Translations under genes and position numbers: made by a program
Assembly: GCF_001194135.2 (NCBI RefSeq)
Contig: NC_068987.1
Span: 100,966,988 to 101,003,631, forward strand
Reading direction: 5' to 3'
DNA length: 36,644 bases
From: Octopus bimaculoides
Taxonomy: Eukaryota
The notes under the pieces: generated by a model
Told to the model about the DNA's origin: nothing
Databases searched by the model: none
The model's input: the letters and a program-made list of their open reading frames with translations, nothing else
Shown: positions 34,831 to 36,644 of the stretch, one piece after another
Numbering within the stretch: position 1 is the first letter of the stretch
Layout of the letters: each line of letters starts with the position of its first letter

Positions 34831-35509
34831 GAGTCTGTATTTGTGTACATGTATGTGTGTGTACGTGTGTGTGTGTGGGGGGGGGCATTGTTCTTAGTAG
34901 CACTATGACTCTCCCCTCAGCCACGTCTATAACTCCGTTGCCGCTGCTGCTGCTTTTGAACCCGAAATTTTGTACCGTTCTTGTAACTCACTGTATTTTT
35001 GCGTTCGCCCATACTGCTGCCATAGTGGTAGTCGTTGTTGTTGCTGTTGTTGTTACCATTGTTGTTAGTCATGTTGTTGATATTGTTGCGGCCGTCAGTG
35101 AAGTTACCATATGTGTGTCTGTGTGTGTATATGGGTTCACTTCCTTGGTTGTTTGTATCTGTGCTCTTTATACATTTTTTTTTCTTTTGTCACTAATTTA
35201 TTTTTATATTTATCATAGGTATGTGCATATATGTCTATTGTATGTGTATTACGCTGTTTGTATCTGGGTTTCTTTCTCCTGTCAGTCTTCAGTTTTCATC
35301 TTGTGTAGTGTGGTAGTGGCTGTTATTGTTTCATTCGTGTTTTCTGTTGAATCTCGGTCTGTCTATTGCTATGTATGTAAATCTGTTGTCTGTCTAAGAT
35401 TTTTCCAGTTCCAGTGATGGATCTGTAGTCTTCGAATTAGCTTTCCCCTTTCTGGTGTTGAGGAACCTAATTTCTTTAGATTGGTATTTAGGCAGTGAGT
35501 TACATATCT

Positions 35510-35640
35510 TATATGTATGTAGTTATGTGTGTATGTATGTATGTATGTATGTATGTGTGTGTAATTATGTATGTATATGTGTGTGTGTAATGACGTATGT
35601 ATGCATGTATGTATGTAGGTATGTATGTATGTATGTATGC
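35510..35640. repeat. degenerate (TATG)n/(TG)n microsatellite
   Basis: Directly visible. Confidence 0.9.
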
Positions 35641-36644
35641 GTTCATAAACCTGTACGTATATATTATTGGGTGTAACCTTCAACAGTGGATTTGAAATAA
35701 CAGACATTTCGGCAACTTCCGAAGTAATAGTGTATTTTGCTGATAAGCAGTAATATGTATTCTACCGGCAAAGCTCAAAGTCAAAGATAGCAAAATGCTT
35801 TCTCATCACGCCATAACTTAGTCCTTTCTCTGTATAAAAGTGAGATTATATCTTGGAGGTGTAAAAATCCGTGATAAAATTAATGAGATTATACTGCTCT
35901 ATGTTATCCATTCCTGCCCAGGCAAACTTTACTTTTTCTTCATATCGCTTGCTAAGCCAGCACCAGTAATACTGGTTGGACTATATTTTTTCAGTTTACA
36001 TTGTTTGTGTATGTCAGAAATAATTAGAATGATTAAAAACCGATAAATTCATAGCTATCTTGATTGGTGAAAATTAATTGAATAAAATACCCAAAATGCA
36101 ATGAAAAGAAAACACACGAATTCTAAAGTTTGTATCAGATTCCTATTTATTTCATTTTCTATACATCAAGAGATTATTAATTCCATTAGCTGATGATAAT
36201 ACTTTCTATACTCCCATCTTAAACCTCGATTTTATATAAGCCTATGAGATATTTTCGAAACTTGGTGTATGCTTGCATAGCAGTTCATTGAACTGTGAAC
36301 CTGCATGAAGACGCGAAAGATTTGATGCAAAAGCCTCCAACAATTTATGTCCTATTCCATACCAGTAACGTGCTTAAGTTGAACCAGAAATCAGAATTAT
36401 TCAAACCTTCCTTTATTTATTGAGTTGAATCCATATTCTATGACACGAACTGATAGGAGAAAAAACTTTTTTCTGTTGAATGGGATTAGGCATGGATTGG
36501 ATGGTTTTATCTGCATGGTGATATGCCTCGGAAGACAAAATCTTCCAACTCGTCTTTACGCATTCTCCAATCTTACGTGCTGATTCGCTTTCTCCAGGTT
36601 GTGACTTCGCCTATCATATGTATGTGTACATACGCCGCACACAC

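Noticed and set aside
34857-35417. 186-aa + strand ORF resembling a membrane protein
   Set aside because: The Val/Ile/Cys richness follows from the GTT/TGT strand bias; it has no domain motif and starts in a GT repeat.

Overview
This is AT-rich, microsatellite-dense eukaryotic DNA. The SINE families, the Mag-type Gypsy and the mariner copy resemble those I recognise from octopod cephalopod genomes; that taxon call is an inference, not a database hit. Thirteen N-gaps total about 4.4 kb (12%), and almost all abut (TA)n or (CA)n tracts, which points to a short-read assembly. I found no confident host exon, no intact gene, no rRNA/tRNA gene and no CRISPR array. Nearly all long ORFs in the track are translated microsatellites or gaps. 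Supported elements: (1) a full-length decayed mariner with TIRs (3619-4873); (2) a 5'-truncated L1/Tx1-like LINE with an open frame, sitting inside a (GATA)n array beside a second short 3' fragment (9603-11135); (3) a Gypsy/Mag-type provirus with a GCAAC target-site duplication, a tRNA-Ser PBS, gag, protease and integrase but no RT/RNase H, invaded by two SINEs (28407-31921); (4) about nine tRNA-derived SINE copies in three families; (5) two copies of a repeat whose minus strand folds as a minimal type I hammerhead ribozyme of the Penelope-like-element kind (24771-24816 and 34735-34780). The hammerhead-like motifs and the apparent GATA-targeting LINE are the most interesting signals.
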